A stretch of DNA of 64,000 nt, from the NCBI GenBank assembly GCA_001771185.1, contig METB01000001.1, positions 375,200-439,199 of the forward strand, given 5' to 3'. How positions within the stretch are numbered: position 1 is the first letter of the stretch; every line of letters begins with the position of its first letter. Origin of the DNA: a candidate division Kazan bacterium RIFCSPHIGHO2_01_FULL_44_14. Lineage in GTDB: Bacteria > Patescibacteriota > Kazan-3B-28. The position numbers were made by a program, and so were the translations under genes. The notes under the pieces are model-generated. The model did not search any database and was not told the DNA's origin. It was given only the letters and a program-made list of their open reading frames with translations. Below are positions 56,247-64,000 of the stretch, one piece after another.

Positions 56247-56383
56247 CGGGGTCCCCGAAATGCTCTAGTCCCGACGAATGGAGGAACGAGGATTTTGGGG
56301 AGAGGAGAAATGACGAGACCCAAAAGCACCCCGCCATCTGTAAACAATGGCGGGATAGTGTAAAGTTGAGTCCATTTGGACGA
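56247..56383 (+). ncRNA. Conserved structured element upstream of tRNA-Ser(TGA), copy 2
   Basis: See copy 1. Same 5' block GGGGNCCCCGAAATG.TCTAGT.C.GACG.ATGGAGGAACGAGGATTTTGGGGAGAGGA and same 3' block GTCCATT.GGACGAGG. Confidence 0.4.
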
Positions 56384-56473
56384 GGAGGCGTGGCCGAGCG
56401 GTTTATGGCGCCAGTCTTGAAAACTGGTTGGGGAGCAATCCTCTCACAGGTTCGAATCCTGTCGCCTCCGCCA
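56384..56473 (+). tRNA. tRNA-Ser (anticodon TGA), type II, CCA encoded
   Basis: Acceptor stem GGAGGCG. Anticodon stem CCAGT/ACTGG with loop CTTGAAA. T-arm GGTTCGAATCC. Confidence 0.85.
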
Positions 56474-56492
56474 GACAAATATTCAGGGAACA

Positions 56493-56523
56493 AAAAAGAA
56501 GCCCCAGAGGGGCTTCTTTTGAT
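56493..56523. terminator. Bidirectional rho-independent terminator
   Basis: GAAGCCCC agag GGGCTTC hairpin flanked by A-tract and T-tract (AAAAAAGAAGCCCCAGAGGGGCTTCTTTTGA). Confidence 0.6.
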
Positions 56524-56541
56524 TATGTAGTTGGAACTAAG

Positions 56542-56865
56542 TTATTGAATCAATCCAATAACTACATTAACGATGGCATATGACAGACCGATAATGACCA
56601 CACCCACAAGGGCGTTGGTAATCATGGTTTTGCCTGATTCAGCACCTTTGGCGCCACCGGTGATATAGGTTATACCACCAAACACCAAATATCCAACAGC
56701 GATGATGCCGGCAATGCTAAACACCCAAGTTATAAGTGCACCAATGGTGGCTTGGATGGAGGTGCCTTCTGTTATATCGGTAACATTACCACCTTGGGCG
56801 AATGCTGGTAGTGCAAGCCACAAAGAAGTGACGATACCAGTACCGATTGATAATACCTTTTTCAT
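56542..56865 (-). CDS. VirB2/TrbC-like pilin candidate (signal peptide plus two hydrophobic helices)
   Basis: Signal peptide MKKVLSIGTGIVTSLWLALPAFA|QGG. Two glycine-rich hydrophobic segments separated by a short GGAKGAESGK loop. About 107 aa. Paralogous to the next gene; both end LIQ. Confidence 0.4.
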   Translation of the reverse strand: MKKVLSIGTGIVTSLWLALPAFAQGGNVTDITEGTSIQATIGALITWVFSIAGIIAVGYLVFGGITYITGGAKGAESGKTMITNALVGVVIIGLSYAIVNVVIGLIQ

Positions 56866-56904
56866 ATTACGACCCTTTAATTATTAATATGAACCGAAGT
56901 ACCT

Positions 56905-57225
56905 TTATTGTATCAAACTGATAGCCAAATTAATAATAGCGGTGGCAAGCCCAACAATAATCCCACCGACAATTGTGGCGGTAATGGTTTTCTTCCCGGC
57001 TTCGGCTTGACCAGTAATATATTGGATGCCGCCAAAAACCAGCATTAATACCATAATTAATCCGGCAATCCCCAGGATGTAAACTTGGAGTCCTTCAACG
57101 ATTGAAATAACTTTGTTAATCAGACCGGCAAGTTTGCTCATGCCGATTCCGGCTCCAACAGAAAGACCGGCGTTATTTGGTTGGGCATAGGCCGTCAGTA
57201 CCCATTTGGTAATCCAATTTATCAT
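56905..57225 (-). CDS. VirB2/TrbC-like pilin candidate (paralog)
   Basis: Same architecture. ...VFGGIQYITGQAEAGKKTI... aligns with ...VFGGITYITGGAKGAESGKTMI... in the neighbour. Confidence 0.4.
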   Translation of the reverse strand: MINWITKWVLTAYAQPNNAGLSVGAGIGMSKLAGLINKVISIVEGLQVYILGIAGLIMVLMLVFGGIQYITGQAEAGKKTITATIVGGIIVGLATAIINLAISLIQ

Positions 57226-58577
57226 TCGAGTTTGTTGATGTCTCTGACGGCTACATCAATGGCAACTTCGGGACTAATTTTGTCTTTAACTACACTATCA
57301 ATCATTCGGCCAAAAATACTTTCGATCTCGGGAGTGTTCTTACGATACCAGGATTTGGCATAGTCAATTTGTTGAGCGACTGGAGCGTAGTAGCGGCGAC
57401 TGGTCATGGTATCTTGAAGTTCTTTGCTGGCCGGGATGTGTCCGGTGGCGCGGAAGAAAGCACTTTGAGAATTGCGCTTGGTCATAAATTTGATAAAGTC
57501 CCAGGCCTCATTGGGATGCTGACTATTCTTAGAGACGGTCTCGCCCCAATAGTTAGCGATGGTGATTGGATTTTGGATTTGGCGTTGAGGCAGGACGGCC
57601 GTTTCGAATCGAAGTTTGGGAGCAAACTGTTGGATTAGCGGAACATGATAAGCGTAACCAAACATCATGGCGGCTTTCCCTTCGATAAAGGCCTGAACAT
57701 CGGAGGGGAAGACCCGACTGCCATCGGCATTTTTGGCATCAGTATAGGTATAGACGGGAGACCCTGGGGTAGCAAATTGAGTGTAGTAACTTAAGGCGTT
57801 TTGACTGGCCATAAAGGGTGGGTTGGTGTCAGGTGCTGGCAGATTAAAAGTCGCGGTGGTATGATCGGCCGAGGTCATTTCGGCACCATATTGCATCATT
57901 AGAGCAGCTAGGATATCAGCGGCTCGGGGGATACCATCATTACCGCCAAGGGTGATGGCGGAACGGGTAATATTGCCCCGGCTATCTTTTTCGGTGAGTT
58001 TGGGAATCAGATCAACTAGGTCCTGAAGCGTCCGTGGCGGTTGTTTGATTTTCTTGGCACTAAAGATGTCGGTGTTATAGAAGAGCATTAGGTCGTCTAT
58101 ATAGTAAGGTACTGCGTAGATGCGATTGTTAGAGATAAAGTCGGTTTGAACGACATCGGGGAAGAGATTTCGGTAATCCTTAACACTCATCAGACCGGCC
58201 GGCATCGGAGCAATCTGATTAATCTGGTAGGGGAGCCAGTCATTATGGAGCATGAACATGTCCGGGCCAGCACCGTCAGCGATTAATTTGATCAGATTCT
58301 GCTGATAGTCGTAAATAGTTTCGCCGGGCTTTAAACTGATTTTCTTTACCTCGATGGTAATGTTCGGGTGTTTACTGGTGTAACTGTTAATAAGTTCGTC
58401 GAGGGCATCGCTCTCATCCCATAGTCGCCAATACTCCAAAGTAATTGGTTCATTGGAAATGACCGGAGGCGCTTCGGTAGTATCACTGCTACCGCCTCTT
58501 TTGCACGACAAAGCAGTCAGGGAGACCCCAATTAAAAGGGCGAGAAAAATCGAGTAGAGACGGTGGCGGTTGGTCAT
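57222..58577 (-). CDS. ABC transporter extracellular solute-binding lipoprotein (family 1, sugar-type)
   Basis: Lipoprotein signal (...LTALSC). About 450-aa periplasmic binding protein fold. Confidence 0.65.
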   Translation of the reverse strand: MTNRHRLYSIFLALLIGVSLTALSCKRGGSSDTTEAPPVISNEPITLEYWRLWDESDALDELINSYTSKHPNITIEVKKISLKPGETIYDYQQNLIKLIADGAGPDMFMLHNDWLPYQINQIAPMPAGLMSVKDYRNLFPDVVQTDFISNNRIYAVPYYIDDLMLFYNTDIFSAKKIKQPPRTLQDLVDLIPKLTEKDSRGNITRSAITLGGNDGIPRAADILAALMMQYGAEMTSADHTTATFNLPAPDTNPPFMASQNALSYYTQFATPGSPVYTYTDAKNADGSRVFPSDVQAFIEGKAAMMFGYAYHVPLIQQFAPKLRFETAVLPQRQIQNPITIANYWGETVSKNSQHPNEAWDFIKFMTKRNSQSAFFRATGHIPASKELQDTMTSRRYYAPVAQQIDYAKSWYRKNTPEIESIFGRMIDSVVKDKISPEVAIDVAVRDINKLE

Positions 58578-59446
58578 TTGCGGTTTGCGAATCGGTTGAT
58601 TAATTGCTGACGAAGTTGAGGTTGGTCGAGGGCGTATTCAATAATGGTAGCGAGGTATGAAGCCGGGTCTCCGGTGGTGAGCCATTTCCCACCAACTACT
58701 TTGCGGGTGACAACCGGAGCGATTTTGATGAGATGTTTGATGGCGTCGGCGGTCCAAAATTCATTGTCTTTGCCGTGCCTAGTTTGTTTCAGAGCCCGAA
58801 AGATATCGGGAGTAAAAAGATAACGGCCAAATGATGCTAAATGAGAAGGGGCTTGTTGCGGTGAGGGCTTTTCGACAATGTCTTCTAGGAAAGGTGTATC
58901 CGACCGCAACTTTACTATGCCATATTTTGATACTTCTTTGCTATCTACTTCTTGTACGCCGATAATGCTACAGTGGTGTTTGCGGTAGGTGTCGATGAGT
59001 TGTTTGGAAAAAGAGATTTTTGATTTAACCAGATCGTCGCCAAAAGCGTAGATGAAGGGCTCGTTGCCAATCAGATCTTGAGCGGTAATCAAGGGGAGAG
59101 CATTGCCATAGCCCTCGATTTGTCGGACATAGACAAACTTGGCCAGTTTACTGATTTGTTTCATTTGCTGAACCAGGGCTTTTTTGCCTTGGGCAAGCAA
59201 CTGATGTTCCAGTTCAAAAGACGGATCAAAGTGATCTTCGACCGATTTCTTTTGCCAGTTAGTGACCAAGATGATTTCTTTGATTCCGGCATCATGCAGT
59301 TCCTCGGCGATGTACTGGACGATTGGTTTGTCGATGATTGGCAGCATTTCTTTGGGACTGGCTTTGGTGATTGGTAGAAACCGAGTGCCAAATCCAGCGA
59401 CAGCGATTACGGCTTTACGGACCGGGGGCAGTTTAGCGGGAGTCAT
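58574..59446 (-). CDS. galU: UTP--glucose-1-phosphate uridylyltransferase
   Basis: VRKAVIAVAGFGTRFLPITKASPKEMLPIIDKP motif. Confidence 0.85.
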   Translation of the reverse strand: MTPAKLPPVRKAVIAVAGFGTRFLPITKASPKEMLPIIDKPIVQYIAEELHDAGIKEIILVTNWQKKSVEDHFDPSFELEHQLLAQGKKALVQQMKQISKLAKFVYVRQIEGYGNALPLITAQDLIGNEPFIYAFGDDLVKSKISFSKQLIDTYRKHHCSIIGVQEVDSKEVSKYGIVKLRSDTPFLEDIVEKPSPQQAPSHLASFGRYLFTPDIFRALKQTRHGKDNEFWTADAIKHLIKIAPVVTRKVVGGKWLTTGDPASYLATIIEYALDQPQLRQQLINRFANRK

Positions 59447-59879
59447 CTTGAATTTGAATTATTTTGGTATGACTAGTGGAAGCCAAAGGCATAATGATAG
59501 TTAAGATTCCATTATTTAGCGATGCTCGAGTGCGGTCTGGATCGATCGGTTTAGGGAGATCAACGGTTCGGCTTAAATTCCCCCAGTGGCATTCTTGGAG
59601 ATAGAAGTGTTCTTTCTCCTCGCTCCTACCTTGCCAACTGTTTTTGTTAATCGTTAATTGATTTGGGGTGATGGTGACACTAATATCGTGGATACCGGCT
59701 CCGGCAATCGGGGACCTAGCAATCAATTTGTTACCGGTTCGCAGTAGATCAACCGGAAGCTCGCTAGCATCGACACTATCAGTTGCCAAATCTTCGGCTT
59801 CAACTTCCTCACCATCACGAAAGGTGATGGTCTTACTCCCGGCCGACTGGTTTTGAGCGAAAAATGTATTGCGCAGCAT
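59433..59879 (-). CDS. Hsp20/alpha-crystallin family small heat-shock protein
   Basis: Alpha-crystallin domain ending SLNNGILTIIMP. About 148 aa. Confidence 0.7.
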   Translation of the reverse strand: MLRNTFFAQNQSAGSKTITFRDGEEVEAEDLATDSVDASELPVDLLRTGNKLIARSPIAGAGIHDISVTITPNQLTINKNSWQGRSEEKEHFYLQECHWGNLSRTVDLPKPIDPDRTRASLNNGILTIIMPLASTSHTKIIQIQDDSR

Positions 59880-59954
59880 CTCCTATCAATTATAAACTGC
59901 ATATCCTGAAGCGCAATTTCGGTAATGGTTTTGTTATAATAGGAATATCTATCA

Positions 59955-62279
59955 ATGATGAGACCGATAGCTTACATTTTGGCTGTTGGATTATTGGCTG
60001 GAGTGATTCAGCCGGTTCCGGTTGCTCAGGTTTTGGCGGCCAGCCAGTTTGCAGCTGAAGTGGTTTTGGTGGGTCCGTCACTTAATTTAAAAGCCGGGGC
60101 GATAGGGGGGTTTGAAGTGGTGGTCAGGAATGCCGGGACGACAACTTGGGCTAACACCGGAGCCAATGCGGTAAAACTAGGGACGATCAAGACCCAAGAT
60201 CACTCGGGTAAATTTTATCATTCGAGTTGGCTGTCTTCGAATCGGGTAGTCACGATGCAAGAGGATGTAGCGGCTACCGGACAACTGGCTCATTTTTCAA
60301 TTATGGTAATGGCTAGCGGGGGAGGCAAGACAATCGAACATTTTGGTCTGGTGATTGAAGGGGTAACTTGGATTGGCGGAATTGATATTCCGTTGACCAT
60401 TAATGTCCAGCCGGCGATATTCAAGACGGGATTGACCCAACAGTCGGTGAATAAGGTGACACTCAAGGCCAAAGAAACCACCACGGTCAGTGTCAGTTTT
60501 CAAAATTTGGGAGATATCGCTTGGCAAAATAGCGGAGGGGTAGCAGTAAAGATCGGGACAATATCCCCATTCGACCATGCCGGGAAGTTGTATCACTCAA
60601 GTTGGTTGAGCTCAAACCGGGTGACTTCGGCGAGTACAATCGTGGAACCAAATGGAACCGGAATATTTAATTTTACGATTCAGGCACCCAGTCAAGTTGG
60701 AACCTTCAAAGAAGAATTTGGTCTGGTGGCCGAAGGGGTAACTTGGTTTGATGCGCGATTTGGGTTAGAGGTTACGGTGGTCCCGGCAATTTACAGTGCC
60801 AAATATATTCAGCAATCGTCTGGGGTGATTTCTCTTTCGCCGGGAGACGGTTCGGTGTTGTGGGTGGACTTCCAAAATACCGGAAACACCACTTGGTCAG
60901 CCGAAGAAGTAAATGCAACAAGGTTAGGGACGGCCAGGACGCTGGACCGAGCCAGTGGATTTTATGACTCTAGTTGGTTATCGACCAACCGCACGGCCAC
61001 GATTACTCCTAGCCAAGTGAAACCGGGCGAAACAGCTCGTTTTACTTTTACGATTAAGGCGCCGGACCGAATTGGACAGTATCGGGAATATTTTCGAGTA
61101 GTAATCGAGGGAGTAAGTTGGTTGCCGGATGTCGGTTTATATTGGGACATCCATGTGGACGAAGAGTTGGTGATTGCTAGTCCGATTCGAGTTGGGATTA
61201 CTTCAACAACGAGTAGTATTACTGTTCAAGGCAACATGGCTATCCGGCGGGGCTCGGATAAAGGGCTGGTGCGCAAAGTTTATGGTGGGTCGGTTAGCGT
61301 TACTGCACTGAATTCTGGGTATCGATTGAGTACTGGGGAAGAAGTTAAAGATTATTTGCGGATCGTGCCAATTAATCAAGGGGTAATTAGTGTGTCGACT
61401 GACGGAGTTGGTTCTTATGACACTTTTCGGGGAATTGTTGAAGTCAGACGGTCAAGTTTGTCTAATAATGTTTGGGTGGTCAATACACTAGAGTTGGAGG
61501 ACTACTTAAAAGGGATTGCTGAAGTGCCAGACAGTTGGCCGGTAGAGTCGCAGAGAGCCCAGATGGTAGCGGCCAGAACTTTTGCAGCCAAGAAACGGTT
61601 GGCGCCCCGGGCCGATATTTTTGATATGTATGACGATACTCGGGATCAAGTTTATTACGGTTATGATTATGAAGTTCAAAAACCGAATCTAGTGGCGGCG
61701 GCTGAAGCCACTCGGGGGCTAGTGATTAAATATGGAGGACAACCAATCTCGGCTTATTTTTTCTCCGATAGCGGTGGGGCGACCGAGAATGTGGAAAATG
61801 TGTGGGGGAAGGGTAACCCGGCATCAGCCATTCCATATTTAAAGGGGGTACTGGATCCGTACGCTAAACCAATCGATTGGAGTGCTACATTAACCCAAGA
61901 TTATTTGCAAGGAAGATTTGATAGTCAACTGGGGATTGCAGCAAATGGTAGTGAAATTATCGACAAAATTGATGTGGTGGAGCGGTTCCCGTCTGGTCGG
62001 GCCAAGACAGTGAACTTTACCTTACGTAGCGGACGAGTGGTGGCGGTACCGTTTTATGATTTTGATTATCTAACTAACAATAATGATATTAAAAGTATGA
62101 ACTTTACGGTTCAAACAGTCGGGTTTGTTGATAAGCCCGACTTTATGTTTGTTGGTCAAGGATGGGGACACGGAGTGGGTTTGCCACAATGGGGAGCGAG
62201 ACGGATGGCCGAAGCTGGCAAGAATTTTCAGGAGATTTTAACTTACTACTACACCGGTGTCCAAATCGCCGCGCTTTGA
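59955..62279 (+). CDS. SpoIID/LytB-domain protein with signal peptide and three or four tandem ~100-aa N-terminal repeat domains
   Basis: C-terminal SpoIID region (VAARTFAAKK...FFSDSGGATENVENVWG). N-terminal repeats each contain ...TW.N.G...V.LGT......G.FYHSSWLSSNR... Confidence 0.75.
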   Translation: MMRPIAYILAVGLLAGVIQPVPVAQVLAASQFAAEVVLVGPSLNLKAGAIGGFEVVVRNAGTTTWANTGANAVKLGTIKTQDHSGKFYHSSWLSSNRVVTMQEDVAATGQLAHFSIMVMASGGGKTIEHFGLVIEGVTWIGGIDIPLTINVQPAIFKTGLTQQSVNKVTLKAKETTTVSVSFQNLGDIAWQNSGGVAVKIGTISPFDHAGKLYHSSWLSSNRVTSASTIVEPNGTGIFNFTIQAPSQVGTFKEEFGLVAEGVTWFDARFGLEVTVVPAIYSAKYIQQSSGVISLSPGDGSVLWVDFQNTGNTTWSAEEVNATRLGTARTLDRASGFYDSSWLSTNRTATITPSQVKPGETARFTFTIKAPDRIGQYREYFRVVIEGVSWLPDVGLYWDIHVDEELVIASPIRVGITSTTSSITVQGNMAIRRGSDKGLVRKVYGGSVSVTALNSGYRLSTGEEVKDYLRIVPINQGVISVSTDGVGSYDTFRGIVEVRRSSLSNNVWVVNTLELEDYLKGIAEVPDSWPVESQRAQMVAARTFAAKKRLAPRADIFDMYDDTRDQVYYGYDYEVQKPNLVAAAEATRGLVIKYGGQPISAYFFSDSGGATENVENVWGKGNPASAIPYLKGVLDPYAKPIDWSATLTQDYLQGRFDSQLGIAANGSEIIDKIDVVERFPSGRAKTVNFTLRSGRVVAVPFYDFDYLTNNNDIKSMNFTVQTVGFVDKPDFMFVGQGWGHGVGLPQWGARRMAEAGKNFQEILTYYYTGVQIAAL

Positions 62280-62952
62280 TGGGGTGGTGTGGTTTATTAA
62301 AGAAGGGATAGCCCCATCTCGATGTGTTGGTTGCGGCAAAGTTGGGACTTGGCTGTGCACTGATTGTGCTAGCCAAATTTTATTTTTGAAGGTTCAAAAT
62401 TGTTATCGGTGCGGTCGGTTAATGCCTCGTGGGCGAACTTGTGACAATTGCCGTCGGCAGACGAATTTGGACGGAGTAGTGGTAGCGACCCATTTTGAAA
62501 TTGGTCCAATTCGTGAGTTGATTCACGAGTTGAAATACAGCGGAACAGTTGAGTTAGCTAATCTTCTGGGGGCAATGTTGGTGCGTACAATTTTAGTGAA
62601 TGAGTTGGCAGATTTTGTATTGGTGCCGGTCCCATTGCATGGCAAGCGGATAATTGAGCGAGGGTTTAACCAAGCCGAGCTTTTAACTCGCCAAATAATC
62701 GAACGGACGGGGATGGAAACTGAATTGATTTTGAGTCGGGTAAAGGCAACTTTGTCGCAAACCAAACTGACTCGGGTGGAACGGTTGAGAAATATTTCTG
62801 GGGCTTTTGAATGCCGAGTCGCGTTAGAGGGCATTAACATATTGTTGGTAGATGATGTGATGACAACAGGGGCAACCTTGGAGGAATGCGCTAAAACATT
62901 AAAACGAGCCGGGGCTAAACGGGTTTGGGGAGTGGTGGTTGCCAGAGGTTGA
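62257..62952 (+). CDS. comFC: ComF-family phosphoribosyltransferase (ComFC-like)
   Basis: N-terminal double zinc-finger (CVGCG...CTDC, CYRCG...CDNC) and PRTase motif ILLVDDVMTTGATL. GTG start is ambiguous among 62257, 62284 and 62287. Confidence 0.65.
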   Translation: MSKSPRFDGVVWFIKEGIAPSRCVGCGKVGTWLCTDCASQILFLKVQNCYRCGRLMPRGRTCDNCRRQTNLDGVVVATHFEIGPIRELIHELKYSGTVELANLLGAMLVRTILVNELADFVLVPVPLHGKRIIERGFNQAELLTRQIIERTGMETELILSRVKATLSQTKLTRVERLRNISGAFECRVALEGINILLVDDVMTTGATLEECAKTLKRAGAKRVWGVVVARG

Positions 62953-63265
62953 TTTTATTTTTTCAAGCACCTGTGCGGTGCTTAACCCGCGACTACTTTT
63001 GTCTTGCCAAAAGTAGCCAAAAGCGCTGGCCAACATCCTCGGGTCTATTCATTGGCTAAATCGCTGGGCGCTTCCGCCGAACTCGTTGTTTCACTCCTCA
63101 AACAACGGCTTCGCCCCAAGCGATTTAGCTCAATTCAGCCTGCCTGCCGGTAGGCAGGAACGACCCTCGTTCTAGGGCCAATAAAGAATGGATTTAGATA
63201 CCTGGCTGGCTTGATGGGTCCCAACAGAAATAGACGACCTCGTTCCAAAGGGTCGTAAAATAAAA

Positions 63266-63290
63266 AGCCCGACGAGGGTCGGGCAAGATG
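63266..63290 (-). terminator. Rho-independent terminator for gene 63300..63542
   Basis: GCCCGAC cctc GTCGGGC hairpin followed on the minus strand by TTTTTATTTT. Confidence 0.45.
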
Positions 63291-63299
63291 AGATTGGCA

Positions 63300-63542
63300 C
63301 TAGAGGGCTGTTTCGAGATTGGTACAAAAACTTCTGCAGCCAAATAGGCCTTCGTGACGTTTGTGATTCTCGTCTTCTATGATGACGGGAGTTTCACCGC
63401 AGCCACCTTCTACGCGAGAAATGCCGAAAATCTCAATGACTCCATGTTCTGCAATACTTTCCAGACGCTCTTGGATTTCGGAGCTATATCCTTCGTCAAC
63501 ACCACGCACTAGCCAAATCCCTGGCTTTTCTGTCTCCGTCAT
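63300..63542 (-). CDS. Hypothetical small Cys-containing protein
   Basis: Start at MTETEK has an AAGGAG Shine-Dalgarno 6 nt upstream. About 80 aa. No motif recognised. Confidence 0.4.
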   Translation of the reverse strand: MTETEKPGIWLVRGVDEGYSSEIQERLESIAEHGVIEIFGISRVEGGCGETPVIIEDENHKRHEGLFGCRSFCTNLETAL

Positions 63543-63624
63543 GGTTCTACTCCTTACAAAGAACAAAAATAGAAGTCGGCTTGAGTATATCACTATTGGG
63601 GATAGGGGTTGATATAATGCTTTT

Positions 63625-64000
63625 ATGAACCCAAGTATTTTTCGGGCCTACGATATTAGAGGGGTTTACCCAACCGAGTTAGATGAGCAAGATGCTTATA
63701 AAATTGCTCGGGCAGTAGTTGAATATGCTCGTCCTAAAACTGTGGCTGTAGGTAGGGATGCTCGTTTGTCAGCACCGAGTATTGCTCAAGCAGTAATGTT
63801 GGGGTTTGAAGATAGTGGCTGTGAAGTGACGGATCTAGGGATGGTAGCTTCTGATATGGTGTCGTGGGCAAATGGAGCATTAGGATTTGATTTGACGGTG
63901 AGCGTGTCAGCATCGCATAACCCGAAAGAATGGATTGGGTTGAAATTTACTTGGCAGGGAGGATGTGCGATGGGTGGCGAGGGAGAATTGCAGGAAATCC
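63625..64000 (+). CDS. Phosphohexomutase (phosphomannomutase/phosphoglucomutase or GlmM), 3'-truncated by the window edge
   Basis: MNPSIFRAYDIRG N-terminus and the SASHNP active-site serine loop. Confidence 0.7.
   Translation, partial: MNPSIFRAYDIRGVYPTELDEQDAYKIARAVVEYARPKTVAVGRDARLSAPSIAQAVMLGFEDSGCEVTDLGMVASDMVSWANGALGFDLTVSVSASHNPKEWIGLKFTWQGGCAMGGEGELQEI

Noticed and set aside
62257-62289. Precise start of comFC
   Set aside because: Three in-frame GTG codons are plausible (62257, 62284, 62287) and there is no ATG. The first overlaps the SpoIID stop by 23 nt. I kept the longest ORF and noted the ambiguity.
1-64000. CRISPR array, rRNA genes, integrase/transposase/recombinase genes, prophage structural genes
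   Set aside because: I found no regularly spaced direct repeats with unique spacers, no rRNA-like conserved stretches, and no protein with tyrosine/serine recombinase or DDE transposase motifs. This includes the regions next to the two integration-scar cassettes.

Overview
This window is a gene-dense bacterial chromosomal segment with most genes on the minus strand. It spans the replication origin: yidC/yidD, rnpA and rpmH on one side, an intergenic region with DnaA boxes, then dnaA-dnaN-recF on the other. I infer a Candidate Phyla Radiation (Saccharibacteria-like) genome from several things together: a short YidC, a FemAB transferase, an H+-pyrophosphatase, a PolA with no room for a 3'-5' exonuclease domain, a short ValRS, and a type IV secretion/pilus locus. 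I did not identify the organism directly.

Main contents:
- Housekeeping genes: RNase J, family-4 UDG, PNPase, S15, NrnA, S20, HolA, HppA, MutM, PolA, TsaD, ValRS, TadA, GalU, Hsp20, SpoIID, ComFC and a partial phosphohexomutase.
- A surface-polysaccharide cluster at 13.4-20.1 kb: two GT4 glycosyltransferases, two O-antigen-ligase-like membrane proteins, a Wzx flippase and a methyltransferase.
- Four tRNAs: Ser-CGA, Arg-ACG, Ser-GCT and Ser-TGA.
- A type IV secretion-like cluster at 42.1-50.6 kb: PilB-type ATPase, a DUF11 surface protein, a VirB4 ATPase with the DEAW Walker B motif, a VirB4 N-domain paralog, a small two-TM protein, and a giant VirB6-like membrane protein. Two VirB2/TrbC-like pilin paralogs lie about 6 kb away.

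The accessory content is the most interesting part:
- Three small GIY-YIG nuclease genes sit inside inverted-repeat-bounded elements.
- Two families of short inverted-repeat-bounded non-coding mini-elements share termini with those GIY-YIG elements. Several sit directly against start codons.
- Two small cassettes are each flanked by a divergent duplicate of the 3' end of the adjacent gene (polA and mutM). This looks like integration scars with no integrase present.
- One of those cassettes carries an HTH-GHKL ATPase, a STAS-like DUF4325 protein and a neighbouring HEPN-like protein. This is a candidate novel module.
- A ~130-nt conserved element with a compensatory-mutation hairpin precedes two tRNA-Ser genes.
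- A duplicated ~85-nt hairpin leader precedes two consecutive VirB4-related genes.

I found no CRISPR array, rRNA, integrase or transposase.
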